A DNA stretch of 24,578 nucleotides from Rhodothermales bacterium. Lineage in GTDB: Bacteria; Bacteroidota; Rhodothermia; Rhodothermales; VXPQ01. How positions within the stretch are numbered: position 1 is the stretch's first letter; every line of letters begins with the position of its first letter. Shown here piece by piece: positions 1-8,322 of the stretch. The notes below the pieces were generated by a model, which was not told where the DNA came from, did no database searches, and worked only from the letters and a program-made list of their open reading frames with translations. Location of the stretch: contig JBBDTI010000016.1 in assembly GCA_040904565.1 (NCBI GenBank), forward strand, positions 49,205 through 73,782, in the 5' to 3' direction. The position numbers were made by a program, and so were the translations under genes.

Positions 1-155
1 CGTTCGACGATAAGGCCGGCGCCGCATCCACGCTCTTCGACATCCCGCGGGACAAACGGCTCAATCACCAGATGGAGGTCGTCTCCGGACTCGAATCCGA
101 GCAGGCGGCCGGCCTCATGCAGGCGTTCTTTCGGGAACGAAGGGTCGGACTATAA
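1..155 (+). CDS. tadA: tRNA-specific adenosine deaminase, 3' end (partial; gene starts before the window)
   Basis: Frame 3 reads FDDKAGAASTLFDIPRDKRLNHQMEVVSGLESEQAAGLMQAFFRERRVGL* (TAA 153-155). This matches the TadA C-terminal pattern DxKaGa...lNH...v..G.....c..lm..FFr..R. Not in the supplied ORF track. Confidence 0.85.
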   Translation, partial: FDDKAGAASTLFDIPRDKRLNHQMEVVSGLESEQAAGLMQAFFRERRVGL

Positions 156-258
156 ATTGGGCACGAAGGGTCGGACTCTGGATCGGGAATGCCGGATTGG
201 ACTCTGGATCGAGAACGCCGGATTGGACTCTGGATCGAGAACGCCGGATTGGACTCTG
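137..258. repeat. 26-bp-period tandem repeat between tadA and ypdA
   Basis: GGACT recurs at 147, 173, 199, 225 and 251, exactly 26 bp apart. Unit GGACTCTGGATCGAGAACGCCGGATT is present in about 3.3 copies (173-258). ACGAAGGGTCGGACT is duplicated at 137-151 and 163-177. Confidence 0.95.
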
Positions 259-283
259 AACTACATACACGTGTTGATTTGAT

Positions 284-1288
284 ATGATAGATGTTGCCAT
301 TGTAGGTGCGGGTCCGGTTGGACTCGCATGCGCCCTGCGTGCCAAGCGTGAGGGACTCGAGGCCGTCGTGATCGATAAGGGGGCCGTCGTGAATTCACTG
401 GTCGGCTATCCGAACCAGATGGAGTTCTTCTCGACGCCGGAGCTCATTGAGATAGGAGGACACCCCTTCCCCACGACGGGCTACAAGCCCGTCCGCGAGG
501 AGGCGATCGAGTACTACCGGCGCGTGGCCGAGATAGAGTCACTCCGCCTACGCCTCTACGAGCGCGTCCGACGCATCGACGGAGATAAGGGAGGCTTTCG
601 CGTGGTGACCGACAAGGACACCATCGAGGCTCGCCACGTCGTCGTTTCGATCGGATTTTTCGACCATCCGAATAAGCTCGACGTACCCGGTGAGGACCTC
701 GATAAGGTCACGCACTATTACAAGGAGCCGTATCCGTATGCCGGTCAAAAAGTGGCCGTCGTCGGGGCCCGCAACTCGGCCGCCAAGGCCGCCCTCGATT
801 GCTACCGGCACGGCGCCGACGTCACGATGATCGTCCGCGCTCCCCTTCTCTCCGACAAGATCAAGTACTGGATCAAACCGGATCTAGAAAACCGGATCAA
901 GGAGGGCAGCATCACCGCGCACTTCAGTACGATTCTCGAGGAGATTAAGGATTCGTCGATCATCGTGAGAACGCCTGACGGGCGACGGGAGCTGGATAAC
1001 GACTGGGTGCTGGCCATGACGGGCTATCACCCGGACTACCGGTTCCTCGACGGCCTCGGTATTGAGATCGCCGACGATGAATTTCGTACTCCCGTCTACG
1101 ACGAGCAAACGTTCGAGACGAGCCGCCGCGGCCTGTATCTCGCCGGTACCGTGTGCGGAGGCTATAAAACCAATCGGTGGTTTATCGAGAACGGCCGCGT
1201 GCACGCCCGCCAGATCATGAGCCACATCATTAGCGGCGAGGTCGAACCAGTGAATTTCGAAGAGCAGCACTGGAAGACGGAGGAATAG
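284..1288 (+). CDS. ypdA: YpdA-family FAD-dependent putative bacillithiol disulfide reductase (Bdr)
   Basis: N-terminal GAGPVG FAD-binding motif. Family motifs NSLVGYPNQMEFFST, HYYKEPYPY, NSA..AAL, IKYWIKPDLENRI, AMTGYHPD and WFIENGRVH. No CxxC active site, unlike TrxB. Confidence 0.88.
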   Translation: MIDVAIVGAGPVGLACALRAKREGLEAVVIDKGAVVNSLVGYPNQMEFFSTPELIEIGGHPFPTTGYKPVREEAIEYYRRVAEIESLRLRLYERVRRIDGDKGGFRVVTDKDTIEARHVVVSIGFFDHPNKLDVPGEDLDKVTHYYKEPYPYAGQKVAVVGARNSAAKAALDCYRHGADVTMIVRAPLLSDKIKYWIKPDLENRIKEGSITAHFSTILEEIKDSSIIVRTPDGRRELDNDWVLAMTGYHPDYRFLDGLGIEIADDEFRTPVYDEQTFETSRRGLYLAGTVCGGYKTNRWFIENGRVHARQIMSHIISGEVEPVNFEEQHWKTEE

Positions 1289-1372
1289 GGTACGGGCACA
1301 TCGCGTCTCCGTGCGGGACGGCTCGTTGGCCCACTGTCGTAGACTCGCCCGGGAGCGTGCATCCGCCGGCCC

Positions 1373-3580
1373 CTACAGCGCATCCAGAATCTGCCGTGCC
1401 GGCTGGTTACCCGGAGCCCGTTCCAGCGCCCGTTCGGCGTACCGCCGCGCCGTTGCGTACTCCTCCAGGCGGAAATATGCGAGCGCGAGGTTCACCAGCC
1501 CGTCGACGTAGGTGGCGTCGAGTTCCACGGCCTGTGTCAACGCCTCCACGGCCCCCGATAGATCACCCGTATTGAGATAAAAAGCCCCCAGATTCCCCAG
1601 CGTGACGGGATGGTCCGGCTCCGCCTCCGCGGCGCGCTCAAAATAGACCCGTGCCTCCTGCTCGCGACCCTGTCCGGCCAGCAGGAGTCCCAGGTTGCTG
1701 AGCGCCTCACCGTAGTCGGGATCGAGACGGATCGCCTCGCGCAGCGCCAGCTCGCCCGCTTCTATATCGCCATCTCGGAGATAGGCCGTGCCCAAATTGA
1801 AATGGGCGGTCTCGAGCCAGGGACGCTCGGCGATGGCCGCTCGGTACTGCTCCACGGCACGCCCGGGTTGCCGGCGCGATTCGAGATACCTCCCGTAGTT
1901 TACCCGGACGTTCGCGAGCAGCGGCTGGATGTCCAGCGCCCGATCGTAAAGCCGTTCGATCACGTCCGCCGAGCGTCCGTCGGACTCGTAGGCCTGGGCG
2001 AGCGCATTCAGGCGTTCGGGAATATCGGGTCCCTGCGCGACGGTCGCCTCCAGTGGCGGGAGCGCCCCATCTATCTCGCCGAGCTGAAGGTGTGCGATGC
2101 CGAGAAGAAACAGCGCCTCGCCGTACAGTGCGTTTTCGGTCGAATCACCCGCTGCACCCCCTGCAACACCTCCAGCCGCACCGTCACTCCCGTCGGCGAC
2201 TCCGCTTCCCTCGAGGTCACCGAGCAGCGCGATCCCGCGCCGAAGCGCCGTCGTATCGTTCTGCTGTCGCCCGTAGATGACGTACGCCATACCTGCGTAG
2301 ACGTCGTCTTCCACATCCCCTTCGAAATAGGGATTCAGGGAAATGGGCTTGCCCCCATCCTGCCCGGCTCCCTGCGCCGCCGCGTCCTCATCCACGACGC
2401 GGATGAAGTGATCCGTGAACGACGCGTGGGGTGTCCCCTCCGCCTCGACCTTGGGCATATGGCACGAGAAGCAGTCGACCGCCTCCGCATGAACGAAGCG
2501 TGCCTCCGCCGTAGGCAGGTCTTCCTGAAGCGACGGCGCGTCGTGGCACGTCGTACACGTCTCACTGAAATACTCCGGGCCGGCGGCCCGAAAACCTTCG
2601 TGTGGATCGTGGCACGTGGTACAGTCCATCGGTTCCTCCAGCGAACGGCTCTCCAGAAAGCAGGCGCTCTGCTTCATTCGGTCGGCGTGGGAGATGACGT
2701 CGATGGTAGACTCCGACCCGGGCTCGTCGGCTGCGAATAGGGCTACGTAGTCCGACAGCGCCTGGGACGGTCGAAAGTCGTAGGCGGTGCGGCCGGCACG
2801 TAGGACCGACACGGTGGTGTGCAGGTGGCACTGCCGGCACACGTCCAGCCGCCGATCCAGACTCAGGTGGGCTGGGTTGACGATGGTATGGTCGACGCTG
2901 TCGGCAGGAGCCGGCGCGGCCAGGCGCGCGTCGACGTGCACGGAGCCCGGTCCGTGGCAGCGTTCGCACCCGATCCCTTGCGGGACGTCGAGGAACTTTC
3001 CCTCCACGTGCGGGACCGGCTCCGGGTAGCTGTTGTGGCACGTCATGCATCGGTCGGGGATGATCCGGTCGAACCGTGCGTTGTAGGTTTCATAGCCCGG
3101 GCTGAACGCCCAGCGGTCCGACTGCGTGTACCACGTGACCGGCAGCTCGTGGTAATATCCGTTCTCCTCTACGAGATAGGTGCGCGCCGCCGTGCCGCTG
3201 CCCATCACGAACTGCATCTCGCGCACGAGGCTGTGCACCTTTCGTCCGTCCGCGTCGAGCCGATACTCCTCCTGAAAGAAACGATCCCCTTCCCGATACA
3301 TCCGGTAGGTCAGGTTTCGCTCTTCGTCACGGACGGTCGCATTGTCGAAATCCTCCACCACGTTGTCGGCCGTCAGCGGATACAGGGAATTAGCCATCCC
3401 ATGCTCCTGAAAGCCGCGATACTCGTCCTCGTGGCAGTCGAAGCACGCGGCATCTCCGAGATATTTGGCGGAGAGGTTCTCGAAGCGGGCGGATTCATCT
3501 ACCGCCGAAGTGCCGTGTTCCTCTCCGGCACACCCCGCACCAAATAGCGCAAGAATCAGGAGCGTCCCAGCAGCACGCAT
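1373..3580 (-). CDS. Multiheme (7 CxxCH) cytochrome c lipoprotein with C-terminal TPR array
   Basis: Start moved to ATG 3580, giving MRAAGTLLILALFGAG-C (lipobox). The longer ORF start at 3652 lies inside a DNA repeat. Heme motifs: CFDCH, CMTCH, CERCH, CRQCH, CTTCH, CTTCH, CFSCH. The last ~250 aa are TPR-like (AHFNLGTAYL, ALSNLGLLLA, TLGNLGAFYL, LVNLALAYF). Confidence 0.88.
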   Translation of the reverse strand: MRAAGTLLILALFGAGCAGEEHGTSAVDESARFENLSAKYLGDAACFDCHEDEYRGFQEHGMANSLYPLTADNVVEDFDNATVRDEERNLTYRMYREGDRFFQEEYRLDADGRKVHSLVREMQFVMGSGTAARTYLVEENGYYHELPVTWYTQSDRWAFSPGYETYNARFDRIIPDRCMTCHNSYPEPVPHVEGKFLDVPQGIGCERCHGPGSVHVDARLAAPAPADSVDHTIVNPAHLSLDRRLDVCRQCHLHTTVSVLRAGRTAYDFRPSQALSDYVALFAADEPGSESTIDVISHADRMKQSACFLESRSLEEPMDCTTCHDPHEGFRAAGPEYFSETCTTCHDAPSLQEDLPTAEARFVHAEAVDCFSCHMPKVEAEGTPHASFTDHFIRVVDEDAAAQGAGQDGGKPISLNPYFEGDVEDDVYAGMAYVIYGRQQNDTTALRRGIALLGDLEGSGVADGSDGAAGGVAGGAAGDSTENALYGEALFLLGIAHLQLGEIDGALPPLEATVAQGPDIPERLNALAQAYESDGRSADVIERLYDRALDIQPLLANVRVNYGRYLESRRQPGRAVEQYRAAIAERPWLETAHFNLGTAYLRDGDIEAGELALREAIRLDPDYGEALSNLGLLLAGQGREQEARVYFERAAEAEPDHPVTLGNLGAFYLNTGDLSGAVEALTQAVELDATYVDGLVNLALAYFRLEEYATARRYAERALERAPGNQPARQILDAL

Positions 3581-3603
3581 GGCAGCGGATGTGGCTGTTA
3601 ATA

Positions 3604-3716
3604 ACCGGAAAGGAAGACACGGGTCCGAGAAGATACCGGACGGGGAAGGCACGGATCCGAGAAGATACCGGACGGAGAAAACACGGGTCTGAGAAGATAC
3701 CGGGCGGAGAAAACAC
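3604..3716. repeat. 32-bp-period tandem repeat upstream of the cytochrome gene
   Basis: GAGAAGATACCGG occurs at 3627, 3659 and 3691 (32-bp spacing). Unit is approximately GAGAAGATACCGGACGGAGAAAACACGGGTCC, about 3.5 degenerate copies. Confidence 0.93.
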
Positions 3717-3734
3717 AGGACAGGCCAGATATCA

Positions 3735-3770
3735 GAAGGGGTAGGCTGCGCGCGAGCAACCTACCCCTCC
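3735..3770 (-). terminator. Stem-loop after the PorV-family gene (probable operon terminator)
   Basis: Minus strand reads GGAGGGGTAGGTTGC-tcgcgc-GCAGCCTACCCCTTC, about 27 nt after the stop. The plus-strand A/C mismatches become G-U pairs on the minus strand. The U-tail is poor. Confidence 0.65.
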
Positions 3771-3796
3771 ACAAACAAACGTGTTCGTATTCCGCC

Positions 3797-4834
3797 TTAC
3801 AGCGTAAACGAGCCGGCGATGATGTTGACGGCGTCAAACACGTCGGACGGGCGATAGGCATAGTCGACCGTGAGTCGGCTCGATCCGATCGGAAGGGTAA
3901 TGCCGCCCCCTACGTTCCACGCGGACCAGTGAATGAGATCCTGGTCGTCGGCCAGGTCCATGCCACCGCGAACGAACAGCATGTCCTGGAAGCCCAGCTG
4001 CAGTCCCGCCGCGTACTGGTTCACATCGTACGAATTGGACCGGAAGTTGGCCAGCACCGTCGCCGTCAGCTGGTCGCTGACGGATCGCTCGTACGTGGCA
4101 CCGAAATTAAGCATGGACGGCAGCTCCGAATTGATGTCCCGCACTTCGGCAGGAACGTCGAACTCGCCGGCCGGACCCGACGAAGAGATGGGGTCCTGCA
4201 GTCCGATGCCGTCATATCCAACCTGCGGACCGAAATTCCTCAGACTGACGCCGAAGCGGAGCCCGGATTCCCCGACCACGTACGTCATGCCCGCATCTAC
4301 GGCGAACGTCCTGGCATCCATGTTGTCGATGCTCTGCGTCATCCCTTTCAACGTAACGCCTGCCGCGATCCGATCGGTCAGCTGGCGACCGTACGTCAGG
4401 CCCGCGATGATCGTCCCCGCGGACCACGTCCGCGTCTCGACGATTTCGGGATCGTCCGTTGTCGTTTCCGGAATGTCTCCGTAGTCCCAGTTCGTTACGG
4501 TGAGGCTCACGTTATTCGATCCGAAGCGCTGCGCCACGCCGAAGTAGTTGACTCCGACGTCCGCGATGTAGTTCATCCGGCTAAACATGGCTCCCGTGCC
4601 CTGATTGAGCATCACGGCAGCCGGGTTGACGATAAGGGCTTCCACACCGGAAGCGCCGTTCATCCCTCCCGTCATGGCCGAACCGAGCGCCACCGACCGC
4701 GGCGTGACCGGAACGGTCAGCTCCGTCAAGGACGACGTGCCGAAACGCTCGTTACTCTGTGCATGGGCATCGAGCGTGGCGAATCCCAGGAGGACGGCCA
4801 GCATGACGCCGATGTATCGCTTGTGCTCTGTCAT
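3797..4834 (-). CDS. PorV/PorQ-family (FadL-like, UPF0164-type) outer-membrane beta-barrel
   Basis: Signal peptide ending AHA|Q. N-terminal L.VPVTPRSVALG...NPA motif and FAVDAG, GVSLRNFGP, LPS and VDYAY motifs typical of PorV-like proteins. Alternating beta-strand pattern, 345 aa. AGAGGT RBS upstream. Confidence 0.82.
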   Translation of the reverse strand: MTEHKRYIGVMLAVLLGFATLDAHAQSNERFGTSSLTELTVPVTPRSVALGSAMTGGMNGASGVEALIVNPAAVMLNQGTGAMFSRMNYIADVGVNYFGVAQRFGSNNVSLTVTNWDYGDIPETTTDDPEIVETRTWSAGTIIAGLTYGRQLTDRIAAGVTLKGMTQSIDNMDARTFAVDAGMTYVVGESGLRFGVSLRNFGPQVGYDGIGLQDPISSSGPAGEFDVPAEVRDINSELPSMLNFGATYERSVSDQLTATVLANFRSNSYDVNQYAAGLQLGFQDMLFVRGGMDLADDQDLIHWSAWNVGGGITLPIGSSRLTVDYAYRPSDVFDAVNIIAGSFTL

Positions 4835-4882
4835 TGTATCTAGACCTCTAATCTCGATTGGACTGCGTGCGTGTTCGGCCGT

Positions 4883-7800
4883 CTAGAATATGTTGATGGT
4901 GTTCTCACGGTTGATCACGCCGAATTTCAGCACCTTCTCGCCGACGCCCGGCACGTCGATATGTATGAAGTACATACCGCTCGCAACGGGAAGATTGCTA
5001 TCGGTGGTCAGGTTCCAGTCGAGCGAGACGCTCGGACCGTCCTTCTGCAGCGTTCGAACCAGCGTGCCGCTCACGGTGTAGACCCGAATCGTGGCCGTCT
5101 GGGGCAGATTCGTGAACCGCACGCGGCGATCCTGATTGCCCGTTTCGTACGCGGAGCGTCCGCGATACGGATTCGGGACGATGCCGATTTTGTCGAGCGC
5201 CTCCTGCAGCGCCTCGGCGTCGTTCTTCACGACCTCGCTCCCGCTGGTGTTCACGGAGAACACGTCGCCCGGCAGGTTCGGCTTCGAGGTCACGAAGCGA
5301 ACGTTCGTTCCGGCGGCAGGCGGATGTGCGTGGCCGCCAAAGGGTACGAACAGCACCCTTCCGAACGTATACCGGGCAGGGAAGCCGTTGTAAAACTTCG
5401 CGTGCTCGGCGGCGAGATCGGCCTCAGAGTAGGGAATGTCGGAAGCGTAGATCCGCTCGAACGTACCCGCGGCATTGCCCAGCGTATAGGGTGCCATACC
5501 GGTACTGATCCCCCAGAAGCCGTCTCCGTTGTCGTCCAGTATGGCGGCATGCACCTGCTGCTCGGTGCCCGAGACGGGATCGATCAGCCACACCTGGAAC
5601 GGCGCCCGGCCATCGCCCATCTCGTTTTCCGCGTAGGTCCCGTCGTCGGCGAGGTCGGGGCCCTCTTTCCATCCGAGCATCTGCACGCGGTCGTCGCCGG
5701 GTGAAGCGAAGTAATCCCACAGAATCTGCCCGTTGGTCTCCGCATCCTCCACGAATCGAATCTCGAACTCGGCCGGCGCGAGAGCCGCCACGTTGCCCAG
5801 CCAGTCGACCCTGCCCAGCACGTCACCCGGTGCTGAGATGCCTTGAGCGACGATGAAGAACCGGCGGTCGCCGAGTGAAGGCTCACCGCTCAGGGAGAAA
5901 TCGAGACTCGTAATGAACTCGCCATCGTCGGTTACCTGATTGATGTCGAGGAACTCCTTCGGCGGTCCGACGACCGTAAACGAGAGTCCGTCTGCCACGA
6001 TTACGTTCTCGCGCTGCGGCGGTACGTCGCCCGTCCGTTCGTAGAAGGCGCAGCCGTCCAGGATCGCGACGTCGTCGGACTGCCGCGTGATGCTATAGGC
6101 GATGAGTCCTTCGCCGCTCGCGATGCCGCATTCCGTACCCACGTCGAAGAATTCGACCTGGTACGTCGCGCCGGTAACCTGTGCCGGATCGACCACGCGA
6201 TACGAGATGATGCCTTCCCCGGCCTGATTGACGGCGGTGGCCGACGAGTCGGCGGTATACGCCTCCGACTGAATGCGCGTCCCGCCGTTACGTGCCGTCG
6301 CGTCGGCCGGGCGGATGGTAATATTCGTCGGCGAGCTTTCCAGAATCTTAGGCGTGGAGTTCGGACTGTGCGCGTAGGCGGCAATGCCGTAGTAGTAGTC
6401 CGTGTAATTGGTCAGATTAGACAGCTGGAAGGAGTGCTGAAGCCCGCTGTCCGTGCCGCGTGCCGACACCTGCTGGACGAAGTCGCCTACGTCCGGGTCG
6501 AATACCGGGTCGGTAACTTTCTTTACGCCGTTGATGATGTCGAAGGTGGCGACGTGCTCCCTCTGGCCGGAGGCAAAGCTCGCCGTTGGGTAGCGGTAGA
6601 CGTTAAAGCCTTCGAACGTATAGGTCGTGTCTTCCAGACCAAGACCGGACAAGAACGGGTCGGGCTGATCGAACTGACCGAGATAATTCTCGCTGTTGCT
6701 CGGATAGCCCCAGACCAGCGAAGCCTTACCGTCGATCTCGGACGCATACAGGCAGCGACCGCCTCCCGGTTGGAGCTCTTCGTTCGAGCTCGACGGCTGG
6801 CACAGCGGCGGAGCCGGCGGAGGCGACGGAATGTTGAAATCCGCGTCGTAAGCTGCCTGGGCGAGAATGTCGGCCGAGCGCAGCGCCGAGATGGAACTCA
6901 GGCGGTCGGCGCCCTGTGCGAACACGATGCCGTAGACGATGTCCTGGCTGTCGCCCTTATTAAGGGTGAACGGCCCCGTCGACATAACGAGGCGCCGGTC
7001 CCCCGGCTGGGCCGCACTGCCCGAGCCGTCGATGTTTTCCTCGCTCCAGAACTCACCCGTCACGGGATCTCCTGGAAAGGCAAACTTGGTCACCGGGCCG
7101 TCCGTCTGGAATCCGTTACCCGCTTCACGAAGCGGCTGGCCGCCGCGCCAGAAACCCCGCTGCACGTTGTAAATCTCCTGGGAAAGCTGCGGGTCTTCCG
7201 TACCGGCCGGACCGCCGTTGATGAAGTACATGAAGCTGGCCACACCTAGCGTGTCGCCGTCTTCCGAGACCGGTCCCTGGAAAAAGTCGTATCCCGTGGC
7301 CGGCGGCGTTCCGTAGACGCCGTCGACGTCACTGGCATTGTATACATATCCCAGGCTCAGCGTCGTGTCGACGCCGACGTAGTCGTCACCGGCATCCCCG
7401 AGGTCCGGGTCCGAAAAGATCGACAGGTAGGTGTCTTCGAGCGGCTCGTCCCCCTTATAGGTCACGCTGTACTTGTAGAACGTCGTATTGCCCAGCGCAT
7501 CGGCCCGGTTGAAGGCAAAGGCGTGCACGCGGACTTCGACGCCGATCGGCGGTGCCTGCGTGTTGTTGTGGGAATTTCCGACGTCGTTCATGATCCACCA
7601 GATGGCCTGGTCCCCGATCAGCTCGGGGCGGTCGCCGCCGGAGAGATTGTAATTCCCCTCGACGCCGTCGCCGTCGATGACGGGCGCGCCGAGGTCCACG
7701 GGCCAATCCGCCATGTCGGACGATGCCTGTCCGGTCGACTCATACGTCTGGATGTCGGACTTGCTGACCTTGAAGATCCGGTCGTAGGCCGAGCAGTTGC

Positions 7801-8233
7801 TTGGATTGACGGGCCGGCCGTCGCTTCCAAGAGGGCCGGGCCAAAACTCCCAGTCACTGTACGTTGCAGCGGCCGTACGGAGCTCGCCGCCTACCTGCCC
7901 GCCAATCCAGATGCCGCTGGCAAAGATCGGCGAGTGGCCGGACGCCTTTGGAACGATGTATTCCGCCGCACCACCGGCGTCCGAATACGCGATGCTGCCC
8001 ACGTTGAAGAGGCGGGCGCGCACGTTATTCACGTCCAGGTCGCGCTGCGCCGTCCCAACCCGGCAGCTTCCCGGGTCAGGTGCCGTGCTCGACATATAGA
8101 AAGTGGCGGACGACGCCTGGCGCTCTCGCCGGTCCTTGTCGTCGTCATCCGTATCGGCCAGGGCCACCGTGGACGTCGCCAGGCAGAGCGCGAGGATGAA
8201 CGTCAGATAGTGCGTTAAATTTCGCATGAGCAT
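4883..8233 (-). CDS. Large secreted protein of unknown function with T9SS type-A-like C-terminal sorting domain
   Basis: Sec signal peptide (start 8233 or 8227). Acidic, Gly/Pro-rich body with an Fn3-like segment (FEGFNVYR...YYYGIAAY). C-terminus VPNPY...VRFTNLPQTATIRVYTVSGTLVRTL...WNL...VASGMYFIHI...KVLKFGVI fits a T9SS CTD. Confidence 0.85.
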   Translation of the reverse strand: MLMRNLTHYLTFILALCLATSTVALADTDDDDKDRRERQASSATFYMSSTAPDPGSCRVGTAQRDLDVNNVRARLFNVGSIAYSDAGGAAEYIVPKASGHSPIFASGIWIGGQVGGELRTAAATYSDWEFWPGPLGSDGRPVNPSNCSAYDRIFKVSKSDIQTYESTGQASSDMADWPVDLGAPVIDGDGVEGNYNLSGGDRPELIGDQAIWWIMNDVGNSHNNTQAPPIGVEVRVHAFAFNRADALGNTTFYKYSVTYKGDEPLEDTYLSIFSDPDLGDAGDDYVGVDTTLSLGYVYNASDVDGVYGTPPATGYDFFQGPVSEDGDTLGVASFMYFINGGPAGTEDPQLSQEIYNVQRGFWRGGQPLREAGNGFQTDGPVTKFAFPGDPVTGEFWSEENIDGSGSAAQPGDRRLVMSTGPFTLNKGDSQDIVYGIVFAQGADRLSSISALRSADILAQAAYDADFNIPSPPPAPPLCQPSSSNEELQPGGGRCLYASEIDGKASLVWGYPSNSENYLGQFDQPDPFLSGLGLEDTTYTFEGFNVYRYPTASFASGQREHVATFDIINGVKKVTDPVFDPDVGDFVQQVSARGTDSGLQHSFQLSNLTNYTDYYYGIAAYAHSPNSTPKILESSPTNITIRPADATARNGGTRIQSEAYTADSSATAVNQAGEGIISYRVVDPAQVTGATYQVEFFDVGTECGIASGEGLIAYSITRQSDDVAILDGCAFYERTGDVPPQRENVIVADGLSFTVVGPPKEFLDINQVTDDGEFITSLDFSLSGEPSLGDRRFFIVAQGISAPGDVLGRVDWLGNVAALAPAEFEIRFVEDAETNGQILWDYFASPGDDRVQMLGWKEGPDLADDGTYAENEMGDGRAPFQVWLIDPVSGTEQQVHAAILDDNGDGFWGISTGMAPYTLGNAAGTFERIYASDIPYSEADLAAEHAKFYNGFPARYTFGRVLFVPFGGHAHPPAAGTNVRFVTSKPNLPGDVFSVNTSGSEVVKNDAEALQEALDKIGIVPNPYRGRSAYETGNQDRRVRFTNLPQTATIRVYTVSGTLVRTLQKDGPSVSLDWNLTTDSNLPVASGMYFIHIDVPGVGEKVLKFGVINRENTINIF

Positions 8234-8270
8234 GTATGAGGTGTTGATTTCTCAGGAATCCCTCTGGTAC

Positions 8271-8318
8271 GTTCCGCCGGCGGCCGCGCTCGCAAGAAGC
8301 GCGGCCGCCGAAAGGAAC
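8271..8318 (-). other. Strong intercistronic hairpin between the TBDR and CTD-protein genes
   Basis: Perfect 13-bp inverted repeat CGGCGGCCGCGCT (8278-8290) / AGCGCGGCCGCCG (8298-8310) with a 7-nt loop, extended by GTTCC/GGAAC. No U-tract follows on the transcribed (minus) strand. Confidence 0.8.
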
Positions 8319-8322
8319 CCAG

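Noticed and set aside
3581-3652. N-terminal extension of the cytochrome ORF (MPSPSGIFSD...)
   Set aside because: It is mostly translated 32-bp repeat DNA. The lipoprotein signal begins at ATG 3580.
137-3716. 26-bp and 32-bp arrays as possible CRISPR arrays
   Set aside because: The units are head-to-tail with no unique spacers, and no cas genes are present.
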